Assembly (NCBI RefSeq): GCF_001677475.2
Contig: NZ_CP015229.1
Strand: one strand, 5' to 3'
Length of the DNA: 64,000 nt
Origin: Escherichia coli
Lineage (GTDB): Bacteria; Pseudomonadota; Gammaproteobacteria; Enterobacterales; Enterobacteriaceae
The translations under genes were made by a program, and so were the position numbers. The notes beneath the pieces are model-generated. The model was not told the origin of the DNA. It worked only from the letters and a program-made list of their open reading frames with translations, and searched no databases. Of this stretch, positions 9,354-18,366 are shown one piece after another (positions within the stretch are counted from its first letter, which is position 1; each line of letters opens with the position of its first letter).

Positions 9354-9986
9354 TCAGAATTCAAATTGTCTTGCCCGTAGTTGCGCCAGCATGCTTCTGG
9401 CCCTATGCACCATATAGTTGGCGGGATCAAGTTTTGCTGCTTCGCGGAGCAATGTGTCGCGAGTCCGGTTGGTTATATGACGAGTCTCGTAGGCCAGATC
9501 AAACAGTTTCCCGTAGTAATCAGAGTTCAGTTCTCTCATGACGGGGTATAGCTGTTTACTGAGTTGTTGTGCTTTTTCCATCCAGAGTTGAACGTAGCAG
9601 AGCAGGATGATGTCTTCTGCTGTGAATTGCGGCTGAATATGAGGTTGTGGCGGTATAGCGCTTTTTTCAGCTTCACGGTCCAGAATATCCAATACCCAGC
9701 GACGAAACTCTTTTGCTATTGGAGTTCGAGCAAACATCGCTATTAGGTGAGCGCCGCGTAATGAGAAGATGCGAGTCTCTTGCTTGTCCCCTTTAGGATC
9801 GGTCAATTTGACCGAGGCTGTCATACCGTTTGTGAATTCATCTGCGTGACGGGCATAGATGCGTGTTACCGAGCTTTGATCTGCATATTGTAACGCGCTG
9901 GCTATTTGGGGGGCAGACAACCACAGTAGACCATCTCGTTGAACGGTCTGGAATTGAACATTGTGGAATACAAGTTGAGTGCTCAT
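9354..9986 (-). CDS. Antirepressor-like protein, Bro-N-type N-terminal domain
   Basis: 210-aa ORF; C-terminal ~100 aa homologous to the adjacent paralog (QPQFTAEDIILLCYVQLWMEKAQ...LRARQFEF). Confidence 0.55.
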   Translation of the reverse strand: MSTQLVFHNVQFQTVQRDGLLWLSAPQIASALQYADQSSVTRIYARHADEFTNGMTASVKLTDPKGDKQETRIFSLRGAHLIAMFARTPIAKEFRRWVLDILDREAEKSAIPPQPHIQPQFTAEDIILLCYVQLWMEKAQQLSKQLYPVMRELNSDYYGKLFDLAYETRHITNRTRDTLLREAAKLDPANYMVHRARSMLAQLRARQFEF

Positions 9987-10240
9987 AGTTTTATGTCCTT
10001 TCGATTCGTTCAGATCACCCCGTGTTCAGCAGGGCGGTCGGGTACTTGAACACCGTCGAAAGTTCGGCCCGCATCCTTAGCCTTGCGGCTGTTTTTCGGT
10101 ATACGCGCTACCCGACCATATCTGAAAAATGGACATAAAAAATCCGCATGACTGACGGGCGCGGTTTCCGCTTTCGAAGGTGTGTTCAGCACCATGGAGC
10201 GGAATATATCCCCGCTAATGCGGATTTGTCAAATCTGGCC

Positions 10241-10906
10241 TTAAAACTCGAATTGTCTTGCCCGCAGGCTTTTCAGCATTGGTCTGGCCCGCTGGATAAC
10301 GAAACTTGACTGGTCAAGCCGTGCCGCCTCCCGCAGTAGCGCGTCTCTGTTCTTCGTCACCATGTAGATGGTTTCAAACGCAATGTCATACAGCTTGTTC
10401 GTGTATGAGGAGTTCAGCTCTTTCATAATGGGATACAGGTGTTTGCTGATGTTCTGGGCTTTTTCCATCCAGAGCTGCATGTAGCAAAGGAGGATGATTT
10501 CCTCGGCTGTGAATTGTGGCTGAATCTGCGACTGCTGTTCGGTTTGTATTGTTTTTCCCAGGCTGAAATAGCAGTCTTCCAGTTTTTCGAATACTTCCCA
10601 CGCTCGATCGGTTTCGAGCATTTTTGCATGACGGGCTGCGCCGCGTTCTGTCCAGAGGATGAGGTGCTTTGTACGCGGTGCAACTAAGTTACTTTGAGTA
10701 ACCTTGTTCTTAAATTCCCGCAATTCAGCCCCTTCCAATTTGAAGTAGTGCTTCCCGCAAACAAAACGCTCGGCATTGCGCGTATAGTTCACTTTGATGT
10801 TATTAGTTTCGGTGCCATAAAGTTGTGCCAAAAGCTCGGTGGTAATAACAAGAATCTGGTTATGGGTAATCGGGGAGATGGTTTCAACAGAGATTTGAGT
10901 TGTCAT
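10241..10906 (-). CDS. Antirepressor-like protein, ORF6N-type N-terminal domain
   Basis: N-terminus LAQLYGTETNNIKVNYTRNAERF...KHLILWTERGAARHAKML resembles ORF6N; C-terminus shared with 9354-9986 gene. Confidence 0.55.
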   Translation of the reverse strand: MTTQISVETISPITHNQILVITTELLAQLYGTETNNIKVNYTRNAERFVCGKHYFKLEGAELREFKNKVTQSNLVAPRTKHLILWTERGAARHAKMLETDRAWEVFEKLEDCYFSLGKTIQTEQQSQIQPQFTAEEIILLCYMQLWMEKAQNISKHLYPIMKELNSSYTNKLYDIAFETIYMVTKNRDALLREAARLDQSSFVIQRARPMLKSLRARQFEF

Positions 10907-11064
10907 AATGACGCCCTCTAGTGGTTTCTAAACTATCACCACCGTAAGGTTCCAATCATCGGGTGGTGAGACGCACAGGGTTGGAACTACCGGGAAACCG
11001 ACCGGCGAGCTTTTCAGCTCCCCCATGCGCCCCACCATAATTCAGATGTGCGCGTGCATACGAC

Positions 11065-11089
11065 AATAAAAAACACGCTCGCGGCGTGT
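11065..11089 (-). terminator. Intrinsic terminator upstream of antirepressor gene
   Basis: Minus-strand hairpin ACACGC-cgcga-GCGTGT followed by TTTTTATT. Confidence 0.4.
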
Positions 11090-11173
11090 GTTTGTCGCGG
11101 TCTCTATCCGGGGTTCCAATCCCGACGGCCAACTCGACCGTGCGAAGAATATAATCCCGGATAAGTAATTACG

Positions 11174-11257
11174 TCAACCCCAGCGGCAAATCGAATACTC
11201 CACCAGCGCCACCGCCAGTGCAATTCCTGCCGTTGTGAACGCCTCAGGCCAGGTCAT
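11174..11257 (-). CDS. 27-aa hydrophobic peptide, start overlapping upstream stop
   Basis: ATG overlaps TGA of 11254-11577 gene (ATGA); product MTWPEAFTTAGIALAVALVEYSICRWG; not in ORF track. Confidence 0.25.
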   Translation of the reverse strand: MTWPEAFTTAGIALAVALVEYSICRWG

Positions 11258-11577
11258 CGTAAAACATCCTCCACGCTTATAAGTCCGTTTCGCTCCAGAT
11301 AGTCCATCGCTTTATCCGGTAATTTGCAGCCCGGTTTCGCTTTCCTCAGTTGCCAGGCTAACTGCTTTACCAGCATGGTTAACTCGTCGACCAGACGCTG
11401 ATATCCCACTGGTTTGTATTCATGCAATTTACCAGCTGGCTCTGCTACCAGCGATGCCAGTGCAATTTTGAATAACTCACCCTCTACCCGTGCCATCTCT
11501 GAATTAGGGTGGCATTTCGCAATCGCTATTTTTAATTTAGCTTCTTCGATTAATTGCTCTTTTGTTAATTCAGTCAT
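11254..11577 (-). CDS. Hypothetical phage protein (107 aa)
   Basis: Clean ORF in nin-like region. Confidence 0.5.
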   Translation of the reverse strand: MTELTKEQLIEEAKLKIAIAKCHPNSEMARVEGELFKIALASLVAEPAGKLHEYKPVGYQRLVDELTMLVKQLAWQLRKAKPGCKLPDKAMDYLERNGLISVEDVLR

Positions 11578-11672
11578 TTTTCATTACTGCCCTTTCAGGC
11601 GGACTCCTGATGTTCTGAGGGTACAGAAATCCCTCCGGTTAAGGATTAAATTTTTAACAGTGCTAAATTTAA

Positions 11673-12029
11673 TTATTCAGTTCTGGATTTTGTCGCTCTG
11701 CGCATCCGCGCTTTTGCGTTACGCTCAATCTGAATTAGCTTTTCTATATTTTTCCGCCTTTCCCGTTCCTCCTGACGCAATAGCCTTACATCATCTGCCA
11801 GTCTGGTTTCTCTTTTCGCCACAGAGAGCATCCAGTCAAACGGCTCCACAACTGCACCGCAGATTTTACAGCGGACCTGACGCTCTTTTTCGTCAACCCG
11901 GACAGAGTCGTGATGACAATATGGTCTTTCCGATGGCTCATAAAGAAAATTAACCTGATTACGTGGGTCATCCTCTTTTACCGGAAATAAAACAATATTA
12001 CTTAACTCATCTTCTGGTTTTATTTCCAC
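11673..12029 (-). CDS. Hypothetical Cys-containing phage protein
   Basis: ORF with CHHD...CKICG; start set at GTG 12027-12029 preceded by AGGAGA, just past upstream stop. Confidence 0.4.
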   Translation of the reverse strand: MEIKPEDELSNIVLFPVKEDDPRNQVNFLYEPSERPYCHHDSVRVDEKERQVRCKICGAVVEPFDWMLSVAKRETRLADDVRLLRQEERERRKNIEKLIQIERNAKARMRRATKSRTE

Positions 12030-12030
12030 G

Positions 12031-12333
12031 TTAGTCTCCTTTAATACGAATCCCTGCAACACGTAGTGCATGTTCTAAATCAGCAAGATAAAGCCAGCTA
12101 CCATTTTCTTTAGGTATCATGACATGACGCTCATCAGCATTTATCGGGTGTCCATATCGAAGTTCATAGCCAGCCGGTAGCTGGACTTCCCTTGCTTCCA
12201 GTTCTGCAATGCGCTTGTCTTTGGCTTCCAGTTCATCAAGAACCTTCTTTATGGCTGGTGAATGTGCCGTATAACTCGCAGCCGGACCAGCAAGCATTAT
12301 CCTGAGCTGTGCTTTCGCTTTTTCTATTCTCAT
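12031..12333 (-). CDS. Hypothetical phage protein (100 aa)
   Basis: ORF; abuts next gene. Confidence 0.5.
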   Translation of the reverse strand: MRIEKAKAQLRIMLAGPAASYTAHSPAIKKVLDELEAKDKRIAELEAREVQLPAGYELRYGHPINADERHVMIPKENGSWLYLADLEHALRVAGIRIKGD

Positions 12334-12645
12334 CTATGCCATCACCTTGTTTCGCAACCAGACACAAACCGGACCATCTTCAGTATCATGAATGGAGCCA
12401 ATAAACCAGCCTTCGCCCTCTGGTCGTTCCGGTTCCCAGGTGGAAATATCGGGGTCATCTGCAACCGGATTTAAATAATCTTCATCCATGCTGCAAATAG
12501 TCCACTGAAGATTATTTGCCTTCATCCAGGCGCTAAACTCTTCCGTTGAAATATATTCCCGACCGTCACAGAACTTTTCATATTCTGGATGTGTCCAGCA
12601 GCCATATTCATCACGTTCTACTGGTATTTCTCTAATTTCATTCAT
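12334..12645 (-). CDS. Hypothetical phage protein (103 aa)
   Basis: ORF; 8-nt overlap with upstream gene. Confidence 0.5.
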   Translation of the reverse strand: MNEIREIPVERDEYGCWTHPEYEKFCDGREYISTEEFSAWMKANNLQWTICSMDEDYLNPVADDPDISTWEPERPEGEGWFIGSIHDTEDGPVCVWLRNKVMA

Positions 12646-12892
12646 TTCTGTTCTCCCATGTTTTCAGACTTTCACCGCAGAACGGGCAAAATGAAACCCG
12701 AACTGGTGATTTAGAAAATTCACCGGAACGCAACATCACTAAATCAGGGTCGCGAGTTAAATTCTCATTCCAGATTTTGTATATCAGCAGACCTTTTCGC
12801 GTCGTGTATTCAGCATCATGCTCAAGGGAGTTTGCCAGTGCCGTACACGGTTCTATCTTGTTGCCATAAACCTGGCATTTTGATTTACCCAC
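12638..12892 (-). CDS. Hypothetical Cys-containing phage protein (84 aa)
   Basis: ORF with CPFCG; 8-nt overlap with upstream gene. Confidence 0.45.
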   Translation of the reverse strand: MGKSKCQVYGNKIEPCTALANSLEHDAEYTTRKGLLIYKIWNENLTRDPDLVMLRSGEFSKSPVRVSFCPFCGESLKTWENRNE

Positions 12893-13373
12893 TGGTCGCT
12901 TCCTTCACAAAAATAATCCAATGTGTTTTATCGTTCTTACCGGTGCGCTGGCTGATGATTGGTTTCGCGTCGGTTAGTGCCAATATCTGGCGGACAGGTA
13001 TTTGCGTTTCATTCCATTTAAAAATCAGAACACCGTGTGGCCACAACACACGAAAGGCTTCTTTAAATCCCTGCCGCAAATCATCACGCCAGGTATCTTT
13101 ATTCAGCCGTCCATATTTCTTTCCCATCCAGGCGTTATCACCAACACGCTCAAGATGCGGAGGGTCGAATACAACAACCGGAAACGATGCGTCTGCAAAT
13201 GGTAATGCACGAAAATCTGCTATCAGGTCAGGGCTAATTATCAGGCGTCGTCCATCACATAATGTGTGCTCTTCTTTTCTGATATCGCTAAATATCGCCC
13301 GGTCGTCATTCTTATCGAACCAGAACATACGGCTGCCACAGCACATATCAAGAATGGTTGCAGGTGTACTCAC
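12885..13373 (-). CDS. Small SAM-dependent methyltransferase, probable orphan DNA methyltransferase
   Basis: 162-aa ORF with N-terminal DMCCGS (motif I-like) and downstream VVFDPPH (DPPY-like motif IV); no adjacent restriction gene. Confidence 0.5.
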   Translation of the reverse strand: MSTPATILDMCCGSRMFWFDKNDDRAIFSDIRKEEHTLCDGRRLIISPDLIADFRALPFADASFPVVVFDPPHLERVGDNAWMGKKYGRLNKDTWRDDLRQGFKEAFRVLWPHGVLIFKWNETQIPVRQILALTDAKPIISQRTGKNDKTHWIIFVKEATSG

Positions 13374-13801
13374 AGCATCACCTCCTGAAATTTCCCCTGA
13401 TAAAACGCCAACACGCGCTGCATAACCTCACTCTTCCGGCACTCGCGACAGATTATGTTCAGACGCCTGTCGTAACGACGTATTTCTCCGTCTGGTAATG
13501 AATAAACCAGGTCCGGGTCGCTCTTTTTTTTCACTGCTGCTTTCGACATCTTTTTGCGGGCCTTTATCCAGTCCTTACGTGCCTGTTCAGACGGAAATAG
13601 CCCGTAGCCGGAGTTGTATAAATCGCCACTGGCAACCAGCTCTCTGGCAAGAACACTCATCAGATATCTTGTCGCACCTGTTTTCGCTTCCAGTTGCCGT
13701 AACGTCTCGCGCCCGCTCAGACGCACAAGTTCAACAACCTGTACCTTAATTTTTTCCCGCTCTTCTTGTGTAAATACTTTTGCCATAAGCGCCTCCGGCA
13801 A
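13370..13801 (-). CDS. Hypothetical phage protein (143 aa)
   Basis: ORF; 4-nt overlap with methyltransferase gene. Confidence 0.5.
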   Translation of the reverse strand: MPEALMAKVFTQEEREKIKVQVVELVRLSGRETLRQLEAKTGATRYLMSVLARELVASGDLYNSGYGLFPSEQARKDWIKARKKMSKAAVKKKSDPDLVYSLPDGEIRRYDRRLNIICRECRKSEVMQRVLAFYQGKFQEVML

Positions 13802-14572
13802 TCACTTTTCCGATGCAACACGGCGGGAAGAATCAGCAATCTGTCGAACAATATCCCGGTGCTTGTTCAGCTCCCGCAGCGCGGCGCAGACACGCTCCCA
13901 CTTCTGGACATGATTTTTCGCCCGACGCAGTTCGCGGTTTGCCATATGCAGCGATGGTAAAACCAGGTCATCCGCTCGCGTTTCAGTAAACGATGGCAAC
14001 GACTGCACAATGTCCGCCACAGTTTCTGTTTTAATATCTTCCTGTGTTGCAGCTTCCTGTACCGGTAACGCAACACCTGCTGGCTGAGGAAAGGCTTTAC
14101 CATCGGTTTCTGCTACCGATGCAGCTTTCGGCTCTGCTGGTAAATTATCTCCAGGCATGCAGTAGCGAAATTTACCGTTCTGATTTACGCGTGCCAGGCG
14201 TCCCGTTGCGGTTACCACCGCCAGCGTGGAAGCAACCTTGCGAGTGCTGACACCGAACTTACCCGCCAGTTCCTCACATGTTTTAGCCCCCTCCTGAGAG
14301 ATAAACTCAATCATCATGTCAGCGCTAACTTTTGGAGCGACCTCTTCGGTTACCACATCCGGCGCTTCAGGTTGTAGTGCCTGCCCTTCGGTTACCCCGG
14401 ATTCACCTTCGACAGCCAGAAACCAGGTGTGACCCGTTTTATCAACAACGCCATTTTTTTTGAGTTCCCACAGTTCGTTGAGAACTTCTTCACGGCTGAT
14501 ATCAAGCCGCGCCGCCAGTTCAACAGAATTGGCTTTTCCCATCGCTTTCAGTGCATGCAGTACGGTTTCCAT
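13802..14572 (-). CDS. Hypothetical phage protein with winged-helix-like segments (256 aa)
   Basis: ORF directly downstream of DnaC-like gene. Confidence 0.5.
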   Translation of the reverse strand: METVLHALKAMGKANSVELAARLDISREEVLNELWELKKNGVVDKTGHTWFLAVEGESGVTEGQALQPEAPDVVTEEVAPKVSADMMIEFISQEGAKTCEELAGKFGVSTRKVASTLAVVTATGRLARVNQNGKFRYCMPGDNLPAEPKAASVAETDGKAFPQPAGVALPVQEAATQEDIKTETVADIVQSLPSFTETRADDLVLPSLHMANRELRRAKNHVQKWERVCAALRELNKHRDIVRQIADSSRRVASEK

Positions 14573-14597
14573 CGAAAATTTACCTCGTCAAAAATTC

Positions 14598-15338
14598 TCA
14601 CATACCCTGACGCCCAACGTTTGATCGCCAGCTCTCCCAGTTAAAACTCACCCAACGACCACCGTTCATGGTCATACGGTCCATCACCCGCTCGCCGAGG
14701 AGTGTGCTCATCGCTGCGTGATTCAGGTTCGTCAGGATTCCGACAGTGCGCAGTGATGCCGTTCTGCGGTCGACGATCTGGTTCAGTATGACCTGCTCGT
14801 TGCGCGTATCCCGCTGCATGCCAATTTCATCCAGGACCAGAAGGTCGACCCCGCAAAGTTCCTGTAAAAATTTCTCACCGGACTTGCCGTTGTCATAGCC
14901 GTCATGCAACACGCTCATGACATCGGACACGGTGACGATAATCACGCTTCTCCCCTTCGCCATCAGCCGGTTGCCAATCGCTGCTGCCAGGTGATTTTTA
15001 CCGGTACCAGGTTTACCGCTGAACACGAAGTTTGTACACCCGGTCATCAATTCATCGGCAATGGATTTCGCCTGGCTCAGAGCATGGCGCTGACCGTCGT
15101 TCTGCACCCGGTAGTTCTCGAATGAGCACTTCCTGTGAAGCGGCTGGATGCCCGCACGGTTCAGGATTTTTTCAACCCGCGCCTGATGATTCTGGCGGTT
15201 AATTTCCTCGCTGCGCTTACGGCCCTCAGCCAGTTGCCATTCCCGCCATTCGTCGGTCGTCCGGAACGGTGCTGCCACGTGCGGTGGTGCCAGACGGCGC
15301 ACCCGTTCAAGAATCCCTCCTGTCGAAATGTTTTTCAT
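14598..15338 (-). CDS. DnaC-like replicative helicase loader (AAA+ ATPase)
   Basis: Walker A FSGKPGTGKNHLAAAIG and Walker B DLLVLDEIG in DnaC/IstB-like context. Confidence 0.8.
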   Translation of the reverse strand: MKNISTGGILERVRRLAPPHVAAPFRTTDEWREWQLAEGRKRSEEINRQNHQARVEKILNRAGIQPLHRKCSFENYRVQNDGQRHALSQAKSIADELMTGCTNFVFSGKPGTGKNHLAAAIGNRLMAKGRSVIIVTVSDVMSVLHDGYDNGKSGEKFLQELCGVDLLVLDEIGMQRDTRNEQVILNQIVDRRTASLRTVGILTNLNHAAMSTLLGERVMDRMTMNGGRWVSFNWESWRSNVGRQGM

Positions 15339-15344
15339 GGCTGA

Positions 15345-16427
15345 TTACCCCCTGAACCCCGGCGGAATTTCGGTGTCCGGTTCAGAAATGTGGTTCACGC
15401 AACGCTGGCTGACTGCGCCAGCCTTCGGCAGCGACCACGGATTTTCGAAATTCCTGTTCGGGCCAAAAAACGTCGATGCCTGCTGAACAAATTCAGTTCC
15501 CGCTTTCCCGGTAGCCTCCAGGTATCTTGCGTAACGCCTCACGCCATCCAGCACGACATCCGGTGACACCCCTTCGCGTAATCTGGCCCTCCAGGCATTG
15601 AACGCGGATTTCTTCGGGTTTGACCCTGCCCGATGCGGATATTCACGCCAGACCCGTTCGAACACGTCAGGATAATCAACTCGTCCCGCAGACGGTCCCG
15701 GCATCGCCCGGGTTAACCCAATCGGCTTCCCGCTCATCGCGGAATCGGCTTCAGGCTGCTGCGGTTGGTGTTGTTGCTCCGGTTCGACGAGCAGCACCTG
15801 CTGCACACAACGCCCGGAATCTGCTTCCGGTGTCATGCCAGCTGGTCCTGGACGTTCAGTCAGAACGGGACAAGAATCCACCAGTGGGTCCGTGGCGATT
15901 TTTTCGCCATGGACCAGAAGGGTTTTATCTCTTTCCTGTTCCTGTTCCTGTTCCTGTTCTTGGCTTGAAAGGGGCTCTGAAGGGGCTTCAATTTTCCGAC
16001 ATGATTCACGTCTGACATCCAGGTGGAAATCATCCTTATATCTATCATAAAAGGATGATAAAAAAGGATTTTCCAGCAACGCGGAATATTCATTTCTTAC
16101 CCCAGCACAACGGTTATCGCCTGGTTTCAGCGCTTCACCAACCTGCCATGCTGCCATTTCATGCACCCATACAACCTCAGAATCATGGTCATAGCTGCAA
16201 AAACCAGCCTCGCAAGCCATTTGAAGCCCCTTAGAAGCCCCTTCAGGATCAAGTCCGGTTTCGTGAGCAATGTACAAAACAGGCAGGTAATAAAGGCCCA
16301 GCATATTGGAATGAGGCGAGGTCATCATATACAACGCCACTACCATACATTCCGGACCAGACTTCCTTAGTTTTCGCCCTGTATCGCCTAACCAGAACTG
16401 AGGTGAAATTGTTGCGTAATTACGCAT
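15345..16427 (-). CDS. Replication initiator (lambda O-like replisome organizer)
   Basis: 360-aa ORF between cII and DnaC-like gene; internal repeats and an AT-rich tract inside the coding region resemble an O-gene-embedded origin. Confidence 0.55.
   Translation of the reverse strand: MRNYATISPQFWLGDTGRKLRKSGPECMVVALYMMTSPHSNMLGLYYLPVLYIAHETGLDPEGASKGLQMACEAGFCSYDHDSEVVWVHEMAAWQVGEALKPGDNRCAGVRNEYSALLENPFLSSFYDRYKDDFHLDVRRESCRKIEAPSEPLSSQEQEQEQEQERDKTLLVHGEKIATDPLVDSCPVLTERPGPAGMTPEADSGRCVQQVLLVEPEQQHQPQQPEADSAMSGKPIGLTRAMPGPSAGRVDYPDVFERVWREYPHRAGSNPKKSAFNAWRARLREGVSPDVVLDGVRRYARYLEATGKAGTEFVQQASTFFGPNRNFENPWSLPKAGAVSQRCVNHISEPDTEIPPGFRG
15935..15958. repeat. Hexanucleotide tandem repeat (CCTGTT)x4 inside replication gene
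   Basis: Perfect four-unit repeat; encodes (EQ)n on minus strand. Confidence 0.9.
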
Positions 16428-16460
16428 AGTCCCCTCGCATACAAGATTTACTCCATACCG

Positions 16461-16610
16461 CAGACGGTCCCGGTATCTCCCGGGTTAACCCAATCGGCTT
16501 CAGGCTGCTGCGGTTGGTGTGACTGCACATTGGTGTGACTGCACATCTTCACAGACGGTCCCGGTATCTCCGGGTTAACCCAATCGGCTTCAGGCTGCTG
16601 CGGTTGGTGT
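16461..16610. repeat. Two direct copies of a ~60-bp repeat, third copy at 15689-15775 inside the replication gene; includes tandem 15-bp repeat
   Basis: cagacggtcccggtatctc(c)cgggttaacccaatcggcttcaggctgctgcggttggtgt at 16461-16520 and 16552-16610; ggtgtgactgcacat duplicated at 16516-16545. Confidence 0.85.
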
Positions 16611-16680
16611 TGTTGCTGGCGAAATTCTTCCAGATGTGGCAGAATTATTACCGTGTATTGCTCCATGCCCTGCCTGAATA

Positions 16681-16977
16681 TCAGATATTCATCAGGATTT
16701 GCTCAGAACGTCCGGCCCCAACCGGACGTTTTTTATTTGCATGAACGTTAATGGCATGCTGGAAAGCCCGGCTGATCGGACTGATATCAGATGCCATCTG
16801 GAACGCGCATAAAATCGCCGCGATGTATCGCCAGTCGGTACGACTGACCTTCGATTCATGGCAGCCAATCATCTTCGCCAGTCCCCTTTGCGTCAGAGCT
16901 GACAGGTTGATAAGTAAATCCGTTTCAGCGCGATCGATATCGCGCTGCGACAGTTTGCTGTAACTTGTTTGTGACAT
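16681..16977 (-). CDS. cII: CII-like transcriptional activator
   Basis: C-terminus KKRPVGAGRSEQILMNI matches lambda CII C-terminus (KKRPAATERSEQIQMEF); position between cro and replication gene. Confidence 0.75.
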   Translation of the reverse strand: MSQTSYSKLSQRDIDRAETDLLINLSALTQRGLAKMIGCHESKVSRTDWRYIAAILCAFQMASDISPISRAFQHAINVHANKKRPVGAGRSEQILMNI

Positions 16978-17120
16978 TTCTTATGATTCCAAATAGTGAA
17001 TAGTTAGTTGAAAGGTATGCGTGGAAACGCATATGGCCTTAATTGGTCAGATATCTTGGGCCTCGCTTTTCAGCGACGTAGGACGAATGTCCATTGTGAA
17101 AAGAGCAGTGTTAATTGAGC

Positions 17121-17360
17121 TTATCGTTGACGATCAGGATTCGCTACATTGCGTAACCATTCGGCGGTAAATTTGCCATCAGATGCATTGGCGAGAATTT
17201 CCGAATAGTTGGTTTTCATCGTGTATTCGGTGCGAGGTAACGCTCCGTTTTTAACCCACTTATGAATTGCAACATTTGACAACCCGCATAAACGGGCAGC
17301 GACTGTTTGACCACCAACAGCTTTTACTGCGAATTGTATCGGATTCATACTGCTATCCAT
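17121..17360 (-). CDS. Cro-like HTH repressor
   Basis: 79-aa ORF with HTH-like QTVAARLCGLSNVAIHKWVK; divergent from cI. Confidence 0.6.
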   Translation of the reverse strand: MDSSMNPIQFAVKAVGGQTVAARLCGLSNVAIHKWVKNGALPRTEYTMKTNYSEILANASDGKFTAEWLRNVANPDRQR

Positions 17361-17440
17361 TAATTTAGTTAACTTCGAGTTAATGTTAACTATTAGCTGA
17401 CAGTTATGTCAACTATGTTTGATAATTAACGTATGGTTAA
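17361..17440. promoter_or_regulatory. Divergent cro/cI promoter-operator region (OR)
   Basis: Two perfect TTAAC-N5-GTTAA palindromes (17369-17383, 17426-17440); rc TTGACA at 17407-17412 for cro; CTGACA-18bp-GATAAT ending 7 nt before cI ATG. Confidence 0.5.
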
Positions 17441-18203
17441 AAAAGATGAACTAAAAGAAGCGTTCTCAAAGAGACTACTACAGGCATTATTAGATGCAGG
17501 TGTGGGCGGACGCGGTCAGGCTAAGCGGATTCAGAATGCAATGAAACTGCGAGGCATTGATATCTCTGAACCGGGGATCTGGAAATGGCTTAATTCTGCA
17601 TCAATTCCAGAAAAAACAAGTATTTTGGCACTTAGTGACTGGCTTTCCGTGAGGCCGGAGTGGTTGGAGTATGGCAGTAACGAGCCATCCGTAAAACAGC
17701 GACCTTCAATTCCAAACGAATCAGAATGGGGTTCCCTTGAAACTTGGGACAGAAATACACCACTACGAGATGATGAAGTTGAGGTGCCATATCTGAAAGA
17801 CATTGAGTTTGCATGCGGTGACGGAAGAGTTCATTGCGAAGATCATAATGGTTTTAAATTACGCTTCTCAAAAGCAACCCTGCGCCGTGTCGGAGCTAAC
17901 AGTGATGGTTCTGGTGTGCTTTGTTTTCCGGCTACTGGTGATAGCATGGAGCCCGTGATACCAGATGGAACAACAATCGCAGTAGACACAAACAACAAAC
18001 GTATTGTTGACGGCAAACTCTACGCCATCGCACAGCCTGGTGTCGGTGATGAAAAACTGAAGCGTATAAAACTATTGTACAGACGCCCCGGTGGAAAACT
18101 AATCATACGCAGTTATAACAGTGAAGAGTACCCTGACGAAGAAGCAGATACTCAAAGCGTGGAGATTATCGGAAAAGTTTTCTGGTATTCAGTTCTGCTT
18201 TAG
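17433..18203 (+). CDS. cI: CI-type prophage repressor (HTH N-terminus, S24 LexA-like C-terminus)
   Basis: 256-aa ORF with GDSMEP active-site motif and K-containing LexA-like C-terminal domain. Confidence 0.85.
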   Translation: MVKKDELKEAFSKRLLQALLDAGVGGRGQAKRIQNAMKLRGIDISEPGIWKWLNSASIPEKTSILALSDWLSVRPEWLEYGSNEPSVKQRPSIPNESEWGSLETWDRNTPLRDDEVEVPYLKDIEFACGDGRVHCEDHNGFKLRFSKATLRRVGANSDGSGVLCFPATGDSMEPVIPDGTTIAVDTNNKRIVDGKLYAIAQPGVGDEKLKRIKLLYRRPGGKLIIRSYNSEEYPDEEADTQSVEIIGKVFWYSVLL

Positions 18204-18213
18204 CCCCTCTCCC

Positions 18214-18237
18214 CCCGGCCTCAGAGCCGGGTTTTTT
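18214..18237 (+). terminator. Intrinsic terminator after cI
   Basis: Hairpin CCCGGC-ctcaga-GCCGGG followed by TTTTTT. Confidence 0.55.
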
Positions 18238-18366
18238 ATTAACCCAGCTAGCCAAAACTCATCTATCCTAGCTTCTATACCCCTTCATACTTGATAACCG
18301 TCGCTCACCGAACAAGCAATAATAATTAACTAAAAATCAAAAACATAGAATTTCCCCACAATAATT

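Noticed and set aside
10010-10195. 61-aa ORF between the two antirepressor genes
   Set aside because: No start context, and it lies in a region with regulatory-looking hairpins; treated as non-coding.
15935-15958. Short tandem hexanucleotide repeat considered as a possible CRISPR-like array
   Set aside because: Only four 6-bp units with no spacers, inside a coding region; it is a microsatellite encoding an EQ repeat.
16448-16666. 72-aa ORF upstream of the replication gene
   Set aside because: It is the translation of two duplicated DNA repeats (repeated QQPEADWVNP) with no ribosome-binding context; more likely a non-coding repeat or iteron region.
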